This document shows, piece after piece, positions 7,261 through 14,992 of a DNA stretch of 19,595 nucleotides (positions within the stretch are counted from its first letter, which is position 1; every line of letters starts with the position of its first letter). The translations under genes were made by a program, and so were the position numbers. This DNA is from Bdellovibrionota bacterium. GTDB lineage: Bacteria; Bdellovibrionota_C; UBA2361. Under the pieces are notes generated by a model, which made no database searches, was not told where the DNA came from, and worked only from the letters and a program-made list of their open reading frames with translations. The DNA lies in contig JBILDU010000055.1 of assembly GCA_044352465.1 (NCBI GenBank), positions 1 to 19,595 on the forward strand. The letters are read 5' to 3'.

Positions 7261-9351
7261 TTAACCACAGAGCTCGATCTGGTGACGGGCCAGCTGGCCC
7301 ATGACGACCGTCATCGCCGCATCGACTTCGGCGTGAGCGAGAGTTCGTTCCTTGCTCTTAAAGGTCAAACGGAAGGTCACTCGCCGAAAGTCCTCCTCGG
7401 GCTTGCGGAAATTATCGACAATCTGGACGTCAGCGAGGTTCTCCACCTTTCCCTCATTAACGATGCGAACAATTCGCCCGGCGAGTTCCTTGAGTCCGAC
7501 CTTCAGCGTCATATCCCGGCGCACCGTCGGAAAATCCGAGGGCAGCTCGAGCTGAGATGGTGACTCGATTTTGCGGAGCTTCGTCGCTTCGAGCTCGGCA
7601 TACACAACGTCACCACTAAGCTCAAGTCGGTCTCGGATGATCGGATGAACGACCCCGAAAACTCCGAGCTCCACGCGGCCGCAGCGGATACTCGCCTGAT
7701 ACCCTGGGTGTAAGAGCGGATGTTCGGACTCCGCGACTGTCATTGCTCCACCGAGACTGTTGACGAGCGACTCAAGTACCCCACGGAAAAGATACACTAC
7801 TGACTCAAGCGACTCAGGTTTACGCCATTCATGGTCGTTCCACCGCCCGGCGACAACCAGCGAAAGGAGCTCCCGCTCATACTCGTAGGGCTCATCCTTG
7901 AGGACTGGCAAACCAAAAACTCGACCAAACTCGTACGCCTTCACCGCGACAACTCCGCGCCGCAGGTTCTGTTCCGCCATCTGACATAACGACACGAGGT
8001 TCGTCACCTTCATATGCGAATAGGCGGAATCGACTGAATTCTTGAGGGTAATATGGCGTTCCCGCACCTCCGGATCGAGCTTTGCGAGCATCTCGGCGAT
8101 ATCGCGCGGGTACATCCCCTTCGTGATCACCTCGAGAAAACCATTCCCGAGAAGAACCGGCTCCACTTTCGCGAGAAGGCGCTCAGCGTCGTTCGGCTCC
8201 GGTTGCTCATAATCGAGCGGTGGAAGTTCGAGTTTCACCTTATTGAGCCCGTGCGCGCGCCCGAACTCCTCGACGAGATCCTCCGAGTGACGAATATCCC
8301 AGAGCCGCCACGAGGGAACGGTTACCATGAATTCTTTTTCCGCACCTTTTTCGCCCGCGAGCGGCTCAAGAACAAAGCCGAGATGCTTCAGTCGAGTCGT
8401 CACCTCAACATCGTTCAGACGGGGAGCATTCATGTGGCGTCGAATCTCGCTGAGACGCAAGACCACCCGGCGTTTTTCTGCGGCGACACCTTCAATGTAG
8501 CTCAAGCCCACGGCATGACCGATCGTCGCATCTTGAATCGCACCACCTGCCCCCTCGGTGAGGTAGACCAGACGCTTCAGCGCGGTAAGGACGAGCTCGC
8601 GATCGACCCCTCGCTCAAAGGCGTGAGAAGCATCGGTCGAAAGGCCCATAGCACGTGCGGTGAGCCGAACTGCTACGGGGTCAAAAGACGCCGACTCTAT
8701 CAGAACTTTGGTCGTATCAGCCGTCACCATCGAATTGGCGCACCCGATGACCCCCGCAACTGCGATAATCCGGCGCTTATCCTTGATCACGAGCGAACCC
8801 GGCGGGACCTTGTATGTTTTGCCGTCCAGCGCCTCGATAGACTCGGGTGTCGCGGTGAGCTCCACCGCGATCTCGCCTTCGACCTTATCTCTATCGAAGG
8901 CGTGCATCGGCTGGCCCAGCTCTTGCTGAATGAAGTTGAGCAGATGAACTATCGCATGCCGCTCGCCGGGGGGTGGATTGCGCAGAATCTGGGCAACGTC
9001 GGTCCGGAGCGCCATATCTTTTGGAAGGCTCATCTCCATGAGGGCATAGCGCAAGCACTTATCGGTTACTACCTTGACCGGCAAAGAGGTCTTGCGGCTA
9101 CTCAACTCACTCGCCATCGCGGGAAGTTTGAGCGAGGTCAAAAGGCGCGCTGATATTTCGCGCGCGACACCAACAGCTGAAAGATGATCGCCTCGATTGG
9201 CGAGGGTTTCGATGGTGAATATCGTATCAACCCCTTCACCCTCGATGTTTTTGACCTCGAGCCCAAGATCGTCGAGGAGGTGACGAATTTCCGTCAGGTC
9301 CGCAAATGGCAACTCGATAACTTTTTCAAGCAAGGCACGACTTAATTTCAT
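7261..9351 (-). CDS. pheT: Phenylalanyl-tRNA synthetase beta subunit (short form)
   Basis: GLEV, ANRGDHLSAVGVARE, LGQPMHAFD, STDASHAFERGVD, VPSWRLWDI...DLVEE and a C-terminal FPTVRRDMT...ERTL anticodon-binding domain. Overlaps the pheS stop by 4 nt. Confidence 0.97.
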   Translation of the reverse strand: MKLSRALLEKVIELPFADLTEIRHLLDDLGLEVKNIEGEGVDTIFTIETLANRGDHLSAVGVAREISARLLTSLKLPAMASELSSRKTSLPVKVVTDKCLRYALMEMSLPKDMALRTDVAQILRNPPPGERHAIVHLLNFIQQELGQPMHAFDRDKVEGEIAVELTATPESIEALDGKTYKVPPGSLVIKDKRRIIAVAGVIGCANSMVTADTTKVLIESASFDPVAVRLTARAMGLSTDASHAFERGVDRELVLTALKRLVYLTEGAGGAIQDATIGHAVGLSYIEGVAAEKRRVVLRLSEIRRHMNAPRLNDVEVTTRLKHLGFVLEPLAGEKGAEKEFMVTVPSWRLWDIRHSEDLVEEFGRAHGLNKVKLELPPLDYEQPEPNDAERLLAKVEPVLLGNGFLEVITKGMYPRDIAEMLAKLDPEVRERHITLKNSVDSAYSHMKVTNLVSLCQMAEQNLRRGVVAVKAYEFGRVFGLPVLKDEPYEYERELLSLVVAGRWNDHEWRKPESLESVVYLFRGVLESLVNSLGGAMTVAESEHPLLHPGYQASIRCGRVELGVFGVVHPIIRDRLELSGDVVYAELEATKLRKIESPSQLELPSDFPTVRRDMTLKVGLKELAGRIVRIVNEGKVENLADVQIVDNFRKPEEDFRRVTFRLTFKSKERTLAHAEVDAAMTVVMGQLARHQIELCG

Positions 9352-10379
9352 ACGCTCCCCTTCAGGATACGGAGATCGTTCTCATAGACCATTTTTAGTG
9401 TAGGAACCCCCAGAAATTGCGCGGCGAGGCGGGAGGTTCCGAGCCCGAACGCGAATCCCGAAATCTTTTCGGGATCGTAATTGAATTCGCGCAGAACATT
9501 CCGATGAATCATCCCCGAGCCAGCGATCGTCAGCCAGCCCGAGCGACCACAGAGAGAGCAGCCCGCGCCGCGACAGGCGGCACACTCAATCTGCACCCCC
9601 AGACTTGGTTCGGTGTACGGATAGAACTTCGGAACAAACCGAACTTTCGTTCTCTTTCCGTAAATAGCTTTCAGGATGTGATTAATAAGCGCCATGAGGT
9701 TTGCAACGGTCAAACCCTCCTCGAGCCACACGAGCTCGAATTGGTGAAACATCGCTTGGTGTGAGGCGTCCTCAGTTTCGTTGCGATACACCCGACCGAA
9801 CGAGGCCACTTTGAGTGGGATCTTCCCCTTTTGAAGCTCCCGCGCTTGCACCGACGTCGTGTGGGTACGCAACATGTGGGCGTGTTCGGTGTAAAAAGTG
9901 TCTTGCATATCCCGCGCCGGATGGTGCTTCGGAGTATTGAGCGCATCGAAGCAGTAATACTCGGTCTCGATCTCAGGGCCTTGCACCGAAGCAAACCCGA
10001 ACGGTTTTAAGACCGCCGCTATCCGACGCTCCACCGCGGTGATCGCATGAATCCGCCCCACACCGGCCGTTAACCCAGGTAGAGAAAGATCAAAGAACTG
10101 ATTGGCCAACTCCCGATCTCTTGCAGCCCCGGCAAGAGCCTCTTCACGGTCCTTCACGAAGCGCTCTGCCGCATCACGCAGCTCGTTGAGTTGCCCGGCG
10201 ATCCGCGGTTTATCCTCCGGCGGCACGTCTTTCAGATCTTTGTAGAGAACCTTAATCGTCCCCTCTTTCCCGAGCCAATCTCGCTTCAGGAGCTCAAGAT
10301 CAGCTGGGGTGACGACTCGGGAGAATGCGCTCTTTAACTCCCCAAGGAGAACGTCAAAATTTACTTCATGCAGCTTCAT
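9348..10379 (-). CDS. pheS: Phenylalanyl-tRNA synthetase alpha subunit
   Basis: FDALNTPKHHPARDMQDTFY, LRTHTTSVQAR, GRVYRNE, FHQFE, YPYTEPS, the Cys motif CAACRGAGCSLC and GFAFGLG. Confidence 0.98.
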   Translation of the reverse strand: MKLHEVNFDVLLGELKSAFSRVVTPADLELLKRDWLGKEGTIKVLYKDLKDVPPEDKPRIAGQLNELRDAAERFVKDREEALAGAARDRELANQFFDLSLPGLTAGVGRIHAITAVERRIAAVLKPFGFASVQGPEIETEYYCFDALNTPKHHPARDMQDTFYTEHAHMLRTHTTSVQARELQKGKIPLKVASFGRVYRNETEDASHQAMFHQFELVWLEEGLTVANLMALINHILKAIYGKRTKVRFVPKFYPYTEPSLGVQIECAACRGAGCSLCGRSGWLTIAGSGMIHRNVLREFNYDPEKISGFAFGLGTSRLAAQFLGVPTLKMVYENDLRILKGSV

Positions 10380-10422
10380 CAGCTTTATTCCTTCCGAACC
10401 TCGCGGGGTCTAGACCGAAGAG

Positions 10423-10451
10423 ATGATAGCATCGTCACACCGTAGGGTCGA
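10423..10451 (-). promoter_or_regulatory. Putative sigma70 promoter of pheST (extended -10)
   Basis: Minus strand reads TCGACC (10451-10446), a 17-nt spacer ending in TGC, then TATCAT (10428-10423), about 45 nt before the pheS ATG. Confidence 0.45.
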
Positions 10452-10569
10452 CCGGTAAGGCGTTGGGGCAAGCGAGAATTCGTAGCCTGAACGCCGCCAA
10501 GCAGGCTTCAGAACACTGGAGTTATCGAAAATGGAACCAACGCGGCGGGGGGCCCAGGCCTCCTGCCCC

Positions 10570-10734
10570 CCGAGGAAGGGAGAACAAGCCTGCTCGTATC
10601 CAGTCCGATAAGTTCTTTTCCCTGCCGGGGGTTTTCCAGGCGGTATACAAGCGCGGGCAGGAGCCCGAAGGCGAACCATACGAGAGAGCGGGTACTCCCT
10701 CCCCCGGACCAGCTCTCAGGTGAAAAAACTTTTT
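10570..10734. ncRNA. Candidate structured RNA element; family and strand unresolved
   Basis: Nested complementary segments: 10570-10582/10695-10707, 10593-10599/10678-10684, 10611-10615/10673-10677 and 10621-10626/10656-10661. A GCC-TTCG-GGC hairpin forms on the minus strand (10663-10672). Glycine-aptamer-like words occur on the plus strand. Confidence 0.55.
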
Positions 10735-10744
10735 GGCCGGAGTC

Positions 10745-11788
10745 CTAGCGCTTCACTCCTTGGATCGGCCCGGGGACCATCACGATCTTACCAAGACCCT
10801 GAACATAGACCGTCGAGTAGTAAGTCGCACCTTTGGGCAAGCTCTTGAGGTCAAACTTGCCCGAGAAACGATTGGCACCAACCTGCTTCAAATTAACGTT
10901 GGTCATATAATAATCCCGCTTCTTACGACCAGTTCGGAGATCTTTATACCGAATCTTCTTCTTTGTGCTCAAAATCAGAGACGCTGTCACTTTTCGCGCG
11001 GGGGAGGCCGCTGCCACCCGAGCACCACTGAGCCCGGAGCCTGCACCAGCATTAGCGAGGGCATTGGGATTAATGGTGACTCCAACATTGGCCATACCAT
11101 TTGAACTGGTCGACGAGTTCGAAGCCACCGACGCTCCAGCCATTGCTCCCCCGACGCCGCCGCCGACCTGAAACGTTTCACAGATCTGCAAGTTCCATTC
11201 GACTAATCTCCTCAAGTTGGGAAGTTGCACCTCAATCGATCCGAGGAGCTCCATGATCGCTTGTATTTTACTGAGCAGCCCGCTGATGATGTCCGGCACC
11301 GCGAGGGTCGGCAACTGCGGGGTTGAAACGTTAATCATACAGTTAAAAACGCTGCTGAAATCAACCCCGGCGAGGAGATTAGCGAGGCTCGGAAAGGAGC
11401 CCAAAATCCCACTGACGCACCCTGCCATGTTCGAGAATAACCCGCTGAGGTCTGGCAACGCTGTAAAGCAACTGAAAAGCCCGTTCACCGCTGGGAGTTC
11501 GATGCCGCTAAAATTGATATTTGGAATTCCACAGCCTTGAATCTCGAACGGATTGAACTCGAAATTTAGAATTGAATCGAGGTCAATGACGAATCCCTGA
11601 ATACTGCCGAGCTCCGCGAAGATATCGTTTAAGACGTCGAAGAGGTTGGTGTTCAAGCCACTCGTACACGCAAAGGTCCAGTACTCCGCGACTGACCCGT
11701 ACTGCTGAGCTTCCGATTTAACCGGAGCGGTGCAGACTAGGCAGATCGCCAATACGAGAGCTCTGAGGGATGAAAGGATATTCTTCAT
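10745..11788 (-). CDS. Hypothetical secreted protein (acidic/hydrophobic Cys-spaced N-domain, G/A/S linker, basic beta-rich C-domain)
   Basis: Start moved to ATG 11788: MKNILSSLRALVLAICLVCTAPVKSEA is a Sec-type signal peptide and GGAGG lies upstream. Long ORF with protein-like domain composition; no family recognised. Confidence 0.8.
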   Translation of the reverse strand: MKNILSSLRALVLAICLVCTAPVKSEAQQYGSVAEYWTFACTSGLNTNLFDVLNDIFAELGSIQGFVIDLDSILNFEFNPFEIQGCGIPNINFSGIELPAVNGLFSCFTALPDLSGLFSNMAGCVSGILGSFPSLANLLAGVDFSSVFNCMINVSTPQLPTLAVPDIISGLLSKIQAIMELLGSIEVQLPNLRRLVEWNLQICETFQVGGGVGGAMAGASVASNSSTSSNGMANVGVTINPNALANAGAGSGLSGARVAAASPARKVTASLILSTKKKIRYKDLRTGRKKRDYYMTNVNLKQVGANRFSGKFDLKSLPKGATYYSTVYVQGLGKIVMVPGPIQGVKR

Positions 11789-12014
11789 AGTCGTCGTCCC
11801 AATCCTCCGCTCACGCGGAATTTGCGAAACACGCCACGCACAGGCGGTCGTATGAAGAGTTATGGAGGACCTATCCATGGACGTGACTTTGCGGCGATCG
11901 GATTTTTTCGTATGAGAGAAACATCTTATTCAAACATTCCAGGCAGTTACGGGGCGCACTCGGTCGATAATCGAACGTGGCAGGGAGAGGTCGGTTCGGC
12001 TATAAAACCTGAGC

Positions 12015-13484
12015 ATGTATTTTCGAATCGCTTATTGGCTCGTACTGAGCTTTCTCGTCCCTGTCGTCGCCGTTGGCCAAACGCCTCCGGCGAGCTCCCT
12101 GCCCCAGGCAAGCGCTCCTTACGGCGGACTTCGCGAGGAGGTGCGTCGAGCTGATGCGATCGTTCGCTTTGATGTTCGTTCGGTAACTCTGAAACGTGCT
12201 CCGGAGGGATGGAAAAGCACCGATCCGCTCACCGCGGAGATGACAGCGGAGTGCGTCGGCACCGTTCGGACCGTCTATAAGGGAGCTGCAGTTAAAAGCG
12301 GTGAAGAGATCAAAGTAACCGTTCCGGCACTGGCCCTCGACACCTACTACCGTGAGGCGCTCGCTAAATCAGGGCGTCAATTTTTCGATGGCTCGATCCC
12401 CACCGTGGGGGATGACCGCATCTTTTTTCTCAAGGTTTCACCAAGTCGTTTCGAGGTCTTTAATTCGACCCGTGTATTCTTTGATTGGGTGATCGACTCC
12501 GACTCGCTCCTACGGCGCTACACCGAGCTTTCCTGGAGCGAGGCGGGGGAAACTGCGGCGGCGCTCGTCAAGCTACTCGTCAAGATCCTTCTCAGTGATC
12601 CTGCGCGTGGTGACCCGTATGGTGTGCGAACGGTGATCCTTGACGACTGGCAGCGCTATCGTCGCGCGCTCGTGCCCGACGCGGCGATGGTTCGATTGGT
12701 CAGTCTCGTCGTCCCGGATATGGTAACCACCGCGCGTTATGCCGCTGAGGGGGCCCCTCTCCCGATCGTTATCGCGCTCGCCCCATTATTACCGGAGGAC
12801 GCCCGCCGCGAGATCGTCGGCGCGCTCCTTCGGCTCAACGCCGCGCTCGACGCGCCGCCCAGCACTGACGAACTGAAGGAGCGGCGGCGCCGTACTCTCC
12901 GAGCGACGATTCCGCCGATGCTTGAAATGGTGATGTATCCCACGCGAGATGCGGCCACGGAAACAGAACCAGGCGCTGTTCTTGCGGCAGCTCGGGCGTT
13001 TGCCGCAGATGCGGTCACTCACGCTGATCCAGCATGGGACGATTGGATCGCGCAGCTCGCTGAGAAGACTCGCCAAGCCGACAAAAGCCGCGCCGAGCAA
13101 GCCGACGTTCCCTCCATGACGATCGCAGCTAGTGATGTCATCGTCGCCGAGCGCTCCTCGGAAAAGGTGGGCACAGAATACCATCTCGTTCTTTTTAAGG
13201 TGCATCGATGGATTAAAAGATCTGCACCTGACAAGACATTACCCGGAGCCGGATTTGTATACGTGCGAATTACGCCCGAGACCAAACGGTTGCTGCCGCG
13301 GATAAAGACTCCCGAGGGGCGCCCAGCACAGGTGATGGTATTCTTAAACGCTGTCCCTGAAGAGATGAGTCGGCGCTGGCCTTTTCGTGGGCAGCAATTG
13401 AGCACCATCGATCCGCGCCGCTTTGAGATTAGTAATCCCGACAACGGCATCGTCTCAGTCAATGAGACAGCGACTAGCCGGTAA
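12015..13484 (+). CDS. Hypothetical secreted protein (two beta-rich modules flanking a helical region)
   Basis: 489-aa ORF with signal peptide MYFRIAYWLVLSFLVPVVAVG, divergent from the preceding gene. No confident family. Confidence 0.8.
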   Translation: MYFRIAYWLVLSFLVPVVAVGQTPPASSLPQASAPYGGLREEVRRADAIVRFDVRSVTLKRAPEGWKSTDPLTAEMTAECVGTVRTVYKGAAVKSGEEIKVTVPALALDTYYREALAKSGRQFFDGSIPTVGDDRIFFLKVSPSRFEVFNSTRVFFDWVIDSDSLLRRYTELSWSEAGETAAALVKLLVKILLSDPARGDPYGVRTVILDDWQRYRRALVPDAAMVRLVSLVVPDMVTTARYAAEGAPLPIVIALAPLLPEDARREIVGALLRLNAALDAPPSTDELKERRRRTLRATIPPMLEMVMYPTRDAATETEPGAVLAAARAFAADAVTHADPAWDDWIAQLAEKTRQADKSRAEQADVPSMTIAASDVIVAERSSEKVGTEYHLVLFKVHRWIKRSAPDKTLPGAGFVYVRITPETKRLLPRIKTPEGRPAQVMVFLNAVPEEMSRRWPFRGQQLSTIDPRRFEISNPDNGIVSVNETATSR

Positions 13485-13524
13485 TTTGGCTTTCGCAGGG
13501 GACTCCACGCTCCCCACTCCGACC

Positions 13525-13542
13525 GTGACAGAACTGTGACAA
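13525..13542 (-). promoter_or_regulatory. Pho-box/OmpR-family-like direct repeat upstream of the haem cluster
   Basis: Minus strand reads TTGTCAC-AGTT-CTGTCAC (11-bp period), close to the PhoB consensus CTGTCAT-N4-CTGTCA(C/T). Confidence 0.4.
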
Positions 13543-13648
13543 AAAAGTAAGCAGCATCGACAACTTAGCGGCCGTTTGGGTCTGGAAAGTACCCGCCATC
13601 GTGCGATACTAAAGTGCGATACAGGGCGATAAGCCCGACGGGGTTTCG

Positions 13649-14971
13649 ATGGGCAACGCCGAACCAAAAAATGAAACGTTAATGGCACGCCCGCCTCAAT
13701 CAACAGAGGCGCTGGCGCGATGGGCTGTAGCGCGGACGTGCGGCCTCGAGGATTCAAGTATCGAGGTGCACCTGATTTACCCCAGCGCGATTACGCCGCT
13801 CAGCGAGGTGATGTTTTTCCCGCGGCGAGATCCGCGGGGAACGCTGGTCCTAAAGCCGCGTAGCGCCGACCGTACGGGAAGTGTCATCATTCTGCCTCCG
13901 AGCGAATCGACGACTCCTGCCGCAGCGAAGCTGAGCGATCTGTTGCCGACACCCTACGGACCTCTGGTCGCCCGCTCGGGCCCGGCTGATTCGCTCTGTC
14001 GTTTACGGGAGGCGTTGTCGAGCGACGCTTGCGACGGGGTGGTCGTTCCCAAATGGATCGTAGAGGAGGTCCTCCAGGCAGATTTTCCCGATCGAAGACT
14101 CTCGACCGCTGTCGCACGTGCAACCCGAGTTATCTTGCCGCTCAGTGAATTCGCCCCCCTTCCCGGTGAGGGAGCTTTCATCTCCCCCACTCGCCGGAAT
14201 GCCTCACTCGCTCGCCCCAACTGCCCAGCGACTATGCGGCGATGCCGCGAAGAGCTTTTGGCAGCCGAGGGGGGATATCGAACGACGATTCTTGGAAAGT
14301 CGTTCGGAGAGGTCGTATGGAGCAAAGAGGGCACGAGCGGAGTCCGGAGACTTTCGTTGCGAGCACAGCAAGCTCCCCTGCCCAAAGCGGCGTCACGCGC
14401 GGCGGTGTGGCCGCCTCAAACGGGCGTTGAGGACCCGATGAGGAGGCTTCCCGTCCCTTTTTGTACCGATGCGCTCAAGCCAGGGGTGGGGTTCATTGTC
14501 TCGAAGAGTGAGGCACTTCCCCAGGGGCTGAGGCTCCCGGAGGGTGCCATCGTGATAGTGCCAGGACGAACGACATGGGAACGACTTGTTGCCCGTGGCG
14601 TGCTCGTCTCGGGCTCTTTCGATGGACTGGGGGAGGACGAGCTCGACGAAATTGCGGCAGCATTCCCGGAGGTGGGTGGTTGGGTTAAGCTGGGACACTC
14701 GCAAGGAGCCGAGCGGGGTGACACTGATTTGATTGCGACGTATCGACTCGAGACGACGCAGCCAGCACCACGACTCAGTGGGTATTCCCATTTCTTCTGG
14801 CGCAGTGGCTCCCAGTTTGAATACTACCTCAGCACGAATCCAGAGCTCAGAGTCGCTTTCCACGGCTCTGGGCCAGGACACACCGCAGCGACGATTCGGC
14901 GCCACGTCACCGATCCGTCCCATTGTGGCGTTTTTGCCTCGCTCGATGACTTTATCGCCGAGGCACTCTGA
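13649..14971 (+). CDS. HemCD-type fusion: degenerate HemC-like N-terminal region plus putative uroporphyrinogen-III synthase (HemD-like) C-terminal region
   Basis: First gene of the haem cluster. ILPLSEFAPLPGEGA echoes the HemC 'P..gQGA' segment. The C-terminal half (PGRTTWERLVARGVLVSGSFDGLGE, WVKLGH, IATYRL, SHFFWRSGSQF, FHGSGPGHT) resembles, from recall, the C-terminal extension of long fused HemC(D) proteins. The start could be ATG 13682. Confidence 0.6.
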   Translation: MGNAEPKNETLMARPPQSTEALARWAVARTCGLEDSSIEVHLIYPSAITPLSEVMFFPRRDPRGTLVLKPRSADRTGSVIILPPSESTTPAAAKLSDLLPTPYGPLVARSGPADSLCRLREALSSDACDGVVVPKWIVEEVLQADFPDRRLSTAVARATRVILPLSEFAPLPGEGAFISPTRRNASLARPNCPATMRRCREELLAAEGGYRTTILGKSFGEVVWSKEGTSGVRRLSLRAQQAPLPKAASRAAVWPPQTGVEDPMRRLPVPFCTDALKPGVGFIVSKSEALPQGLRLPEGAIVIVPGRTTWERLVARGVLVSGSFDGLGEDELDEIAAAFPEVGGWVKLGHSQGAERGDTDLIATYRLETTQPAPRLSGYSHFFWRSGSQFEYYLSTNPELRVAFHGSGPGHTAATIRRHVTDPSHCGVFASLDDFIAEAL

Positions 14972-14992
14972 AGAGATTTTTGAGGAAGAACT

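Noticed and set aside
8053..9153. 366-aa + strand ORF, and similar long antisense ORFs at 1247..2077, 3194..3802 and 14393..15112
   Set aside because: They lie antisense to well-supported genes, show no motifs, and are expected shadows in GC-rich DNA.
10380..10744. T-box riboswitch, group II intron domain V, c-di-GMP or FMN riboswitch, or small ORFs (10410..10679, 10463..10723) upstream of pheS
   Set aside because: No UGGNACC T-box is present. Only fragmentary word matches to the other RNAs exist, without their paired partners. The ORFs have no protein-like features.
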